DNA of 64,000 bases, taken from NCBI GenBank assembly GCA_965240325.2, contig OZ251224.1:3844001-3908000 (forward strand), given 5' to 3'. The notes under the pieces are model-generated. The model was not told the DNA's origin and did not search any database. It saw only the letters and a program-made list of their open reading frames with translations. This document shows, piece after piece, positions 62,009 through 64,000 of the stretch (position 1 is the first letter of the stretch; each line of letters opens with the position of its first letter). A program made the translations under genes and the position numbers. The stretch comes from Rebecca billardiae RCC1528. Taxonomy: Eukaryota; Protista; Haptophyta.

Positions 62009-64000
62009 ATGGCCGCGCGCAGCAGGAGCGGCGCCGCGCTGCTCCTGGTGGCCGTCGCCTTGCGTGCGGGCGTCGTCACGCCAGAGGTGCACGAGTCGCC
62101 GTACGAGCACACGCTCATCATCTCTGCGCCCGACGGCCGCGACCCCAGCTCCGTCGGCCCGCTCGTCGCGGCCGCGCCGAATGGCACGGTGAGAGTGCGG
62201 CGGCATGTGGACCACGTGCTCGCAGGCGGCTGCATCATCGCGTGCACCGAGGAGGGGCTCGCGTACTTCCAGGCGCTCGCGGCGCAAGCGGAGCTTTTCG
62301 TCGAGGAATCGCAGCGCGTCCACGCCTACAGGCCCGTCAAGTTGCCCGCGCCGCGTCGGCGGCTGCAGGGCGCGCCGCCGTCGTGGGGCCTCGACCGCAT
62401 CGACGGCAGCATCGACAGCCAGCCGTACGCGCCAGCGGTGACCGGCGTGGGCGCGCACATCTTCATCCTCGACACGGGCGTGCACGAGAGCCACAACGAG
62501 TTCTCCGGCGGCCGCATCGGCCAGGGCCAGGACATGACGACCGACCCGGACGGCTCGAGCCAGGCGGACGTGGACGGTCACGGCACGCACTGCGCGGGCA
62601 CGGCGGGCGGCAACACGGTGGGGGTCGCCACGGGCGCGACGCTCCACGGCGTGAAGGTGCTCGGCGACGACGGCTCCGGCTGGACCTCGGACATCGTCGC
62701 CGGCATGGAGTGGGTGATGCAGCGCGCCGACCTGCGCCCGGCCGTTGTCTCGATGAGCCTGGGCGGCGGCTTCTCGTACATGAACAACCTGGCGGTGCGC
62801 CGGCTGTACGACGCGGGGATCGTGACGGTCGTCGCCGCGGGGAACGACGCGTCGGACGCGTGCACCTTCTCCCCCGCCTCCGCGCCCGAGGCCATCACCG
62901 TCGGCGCGACGACGACCAGCGACACGGTGGCGGGCTACTCGAACACGGGCGCGTGCGTGGACATCTGGGCGCCAGGCAGCGACATCTACAGCTCGGTCCC
63001 GTGCCGCAACCCGCCGTGCACGCAGTCGGAGTACCGGAACCACCGGTACGACACGTACTCGGGCACCTCGATGGCCTGCCCGCACGTCGCCGGCGTCGTG
63101 GCGCAGGTCTTTGAGCTCGACCCGCTCGCGACGCCGGCGCAGGTGCTGGCGCGCCTGCAGAGCGCGGCGATCAGCGGCGTGCCGGGCAACCAGGCGGCGC
63201 CGAACCGGCTGCTGCTGCAGGTGGTCGAGTCGTACGCCGCGCCGCCCTCGCCCCCTTCGCCGCCGCCCGGCGGCACCCCCGCGCACTGCCCGTACACGCT
63301 CGAGGTGAGCATCAGTCCGGACTCGTACTCGTGGGAGGAGACGTCGTGGGCGGTGTACCTGGACGGGGACGTGCTCTTCTCCGGCGGGGAGGAGGGCGGC
63401 ACGGGCTGCGTGCTCGGCGGGCGGACGCACACGTTCGTGATCTACGACGACTACGGCGACGGGCTGTGCTGCGCGTACGGCTCGGGCTCGTACACCGTCT
63501 CCGTGCTCGGCGGGCCGGTCGTCGCGTCCGGCGCCTTCGCAGATGGGTACCAGGAGTCGACCGATTTCCAGCTCGAGTTCCGGCCGCCGCCGCCGAGCCC
63601 GCCGCCGAGCCCGCCGCCGCCGCCGTACTCGCCGCCGCCGTCGCCGAGCCCGCGGCCGCCGCCGTACCCGCCGCCGCCGAGCCCACCGCCGAGCCCGCCG
63701 CCGAGCCCGCCGCCCTCGACGCCGCCGAGATCGCCGCCGCCCTCGCCGCCCAGCCCGCCGCCGAGCCCACCGCCGCCGTCCCCGCCGCCGCCCTCGCCGC
63801 CGAGCCCACCGCCGAGCCCGCCGCCGTCGCAGTCGCCAAGCCCACCGCCAAGCCCGCCGCCGCGGCCACCCAGCACACCGCCATTGCCACCGCCGAGCCC
63901 GCCGCCAAGCCCGCCGCCGCCGTCGCCGCCCCCGCCGAGCCCACCGCCCCCACCGCCGAGCCCGCCGCCGTCGCCACCGCCGAGCCCGCCGCCGTCCCCG
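62009..64000 (+). CDS. Secreted subtilisin-like S8 serine protease (proteinase K-type) with a Ser-Pro-rich stalk; runs off the window and is absent from the ORF track
   Basis: Manual translation gives a signal peptide, SWGLDRID, IFILDTG (Asp), DGHGTHCAG (His), AAGN and SGTSMACPHVAG (Ser), then (SPPP)n. Confidence 0.92.
   Translation, partial: MAARSRSGAALLLVAVALRAGVVTPEVHESPYEHTLIISAPDGRDPSSVGPLVAAAPNGTVRVRRHVDHVLAGGCIIACTEEGLAYFQALAAQAELFVEESQRVHAYRPVKLPAPRRRLQGAPPSWGLDRIDGSIDSQPYAPAVTGVGAHIFILDTGVHESHNEFSGGRIGQGQDMTTDPDGSSQADVDGHGTHCAGTAGGNTVGVATGATLHGVKVLGDDGSGWTSDIVAGMEWVMQRADLRPAVVSMSLGGGFSYMNNLAVRRLYDAGIVTVVAAGNDASDACTFSPASAPEAITVGATTTSDTVAGYSNTGACVDIWAPGSDIYSSVPCRNPPCTQSEYRNHRYDTYSGTSMACPHVAGVVAQVFELDPLATPAQVLARLQSAAISGVPGNQAAPNRLLLQVVESYAAPPSPPSPPPGGTPAHCPYTLEVSISPDSYSWEETSWAVYLDGDVLFSGGEEGGTGCVLGGRTHTFVIYDDYGDGLCCAYGSGSYTVSVLGGPVVASGAFADGYQESTDFQLEFRPPPPSPPPSPPPPPYSPPPSPSPRPPPYPPPPSPPPSPPPSPPPSTPPRSPPPSPPSPPPSPPPPSPPPPSPPSPPPSPPPSQSPSPPPSPPPRPPSTPPLPPPSPPPSPPPPSPPPPSPPPPPPSPPPSPPPSPPPSP

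Noticed and set aside
61988-63977. Minus-strand Gly-rich and Ala-rich ORFs
   Set aside because: They are antisense to the S8 protease and its (SPPP)n stalk.

Overview
This is a GC-rich eukaryotic nuclear scaffold with one 100-N gap at 16183-16282. It has GT-AG introns, an axonemal dynein, and proteins with bipartite complex-plastid targeting signals, so a flagellated alga with a secondary red plastid (haptophyte-like) is inferred. About 23 protein genes are present: a TPR fragment, a DDxxD protein, an FN2-repeat receptor, an SDR, a UIM-PARP, WDR5, LpxD, a START-like protein, a KHDC4/RIK fragment, an ARA1-like GHMP kinase, a purine PRT, a NEF1-like protein, a CAMK kinase, a thylakoid-lumen protein, a signal-peptide-bearing Cdc48, an Sfi1-like protein, DNAH10, an LRR protein, an S8 protease and several hypotheticals. 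Eighteen of them sit in nine head-to-head pairs. Non-autonomous DNA transposons and palindromes cluster at about 16.3-21.9 kb, with others elsewhere. The most unusual signal is that older non-coding duplicates are riddled with short insertions (mostly 2-8 bp), many of them local tandem duplications. One MITE copy is about 43% longer than its intact sibling, which suggests an insertion-biased mutational or 'scarring' process. All alignments were done by eye, and all homology calls come from motif recognition rather than database searches.
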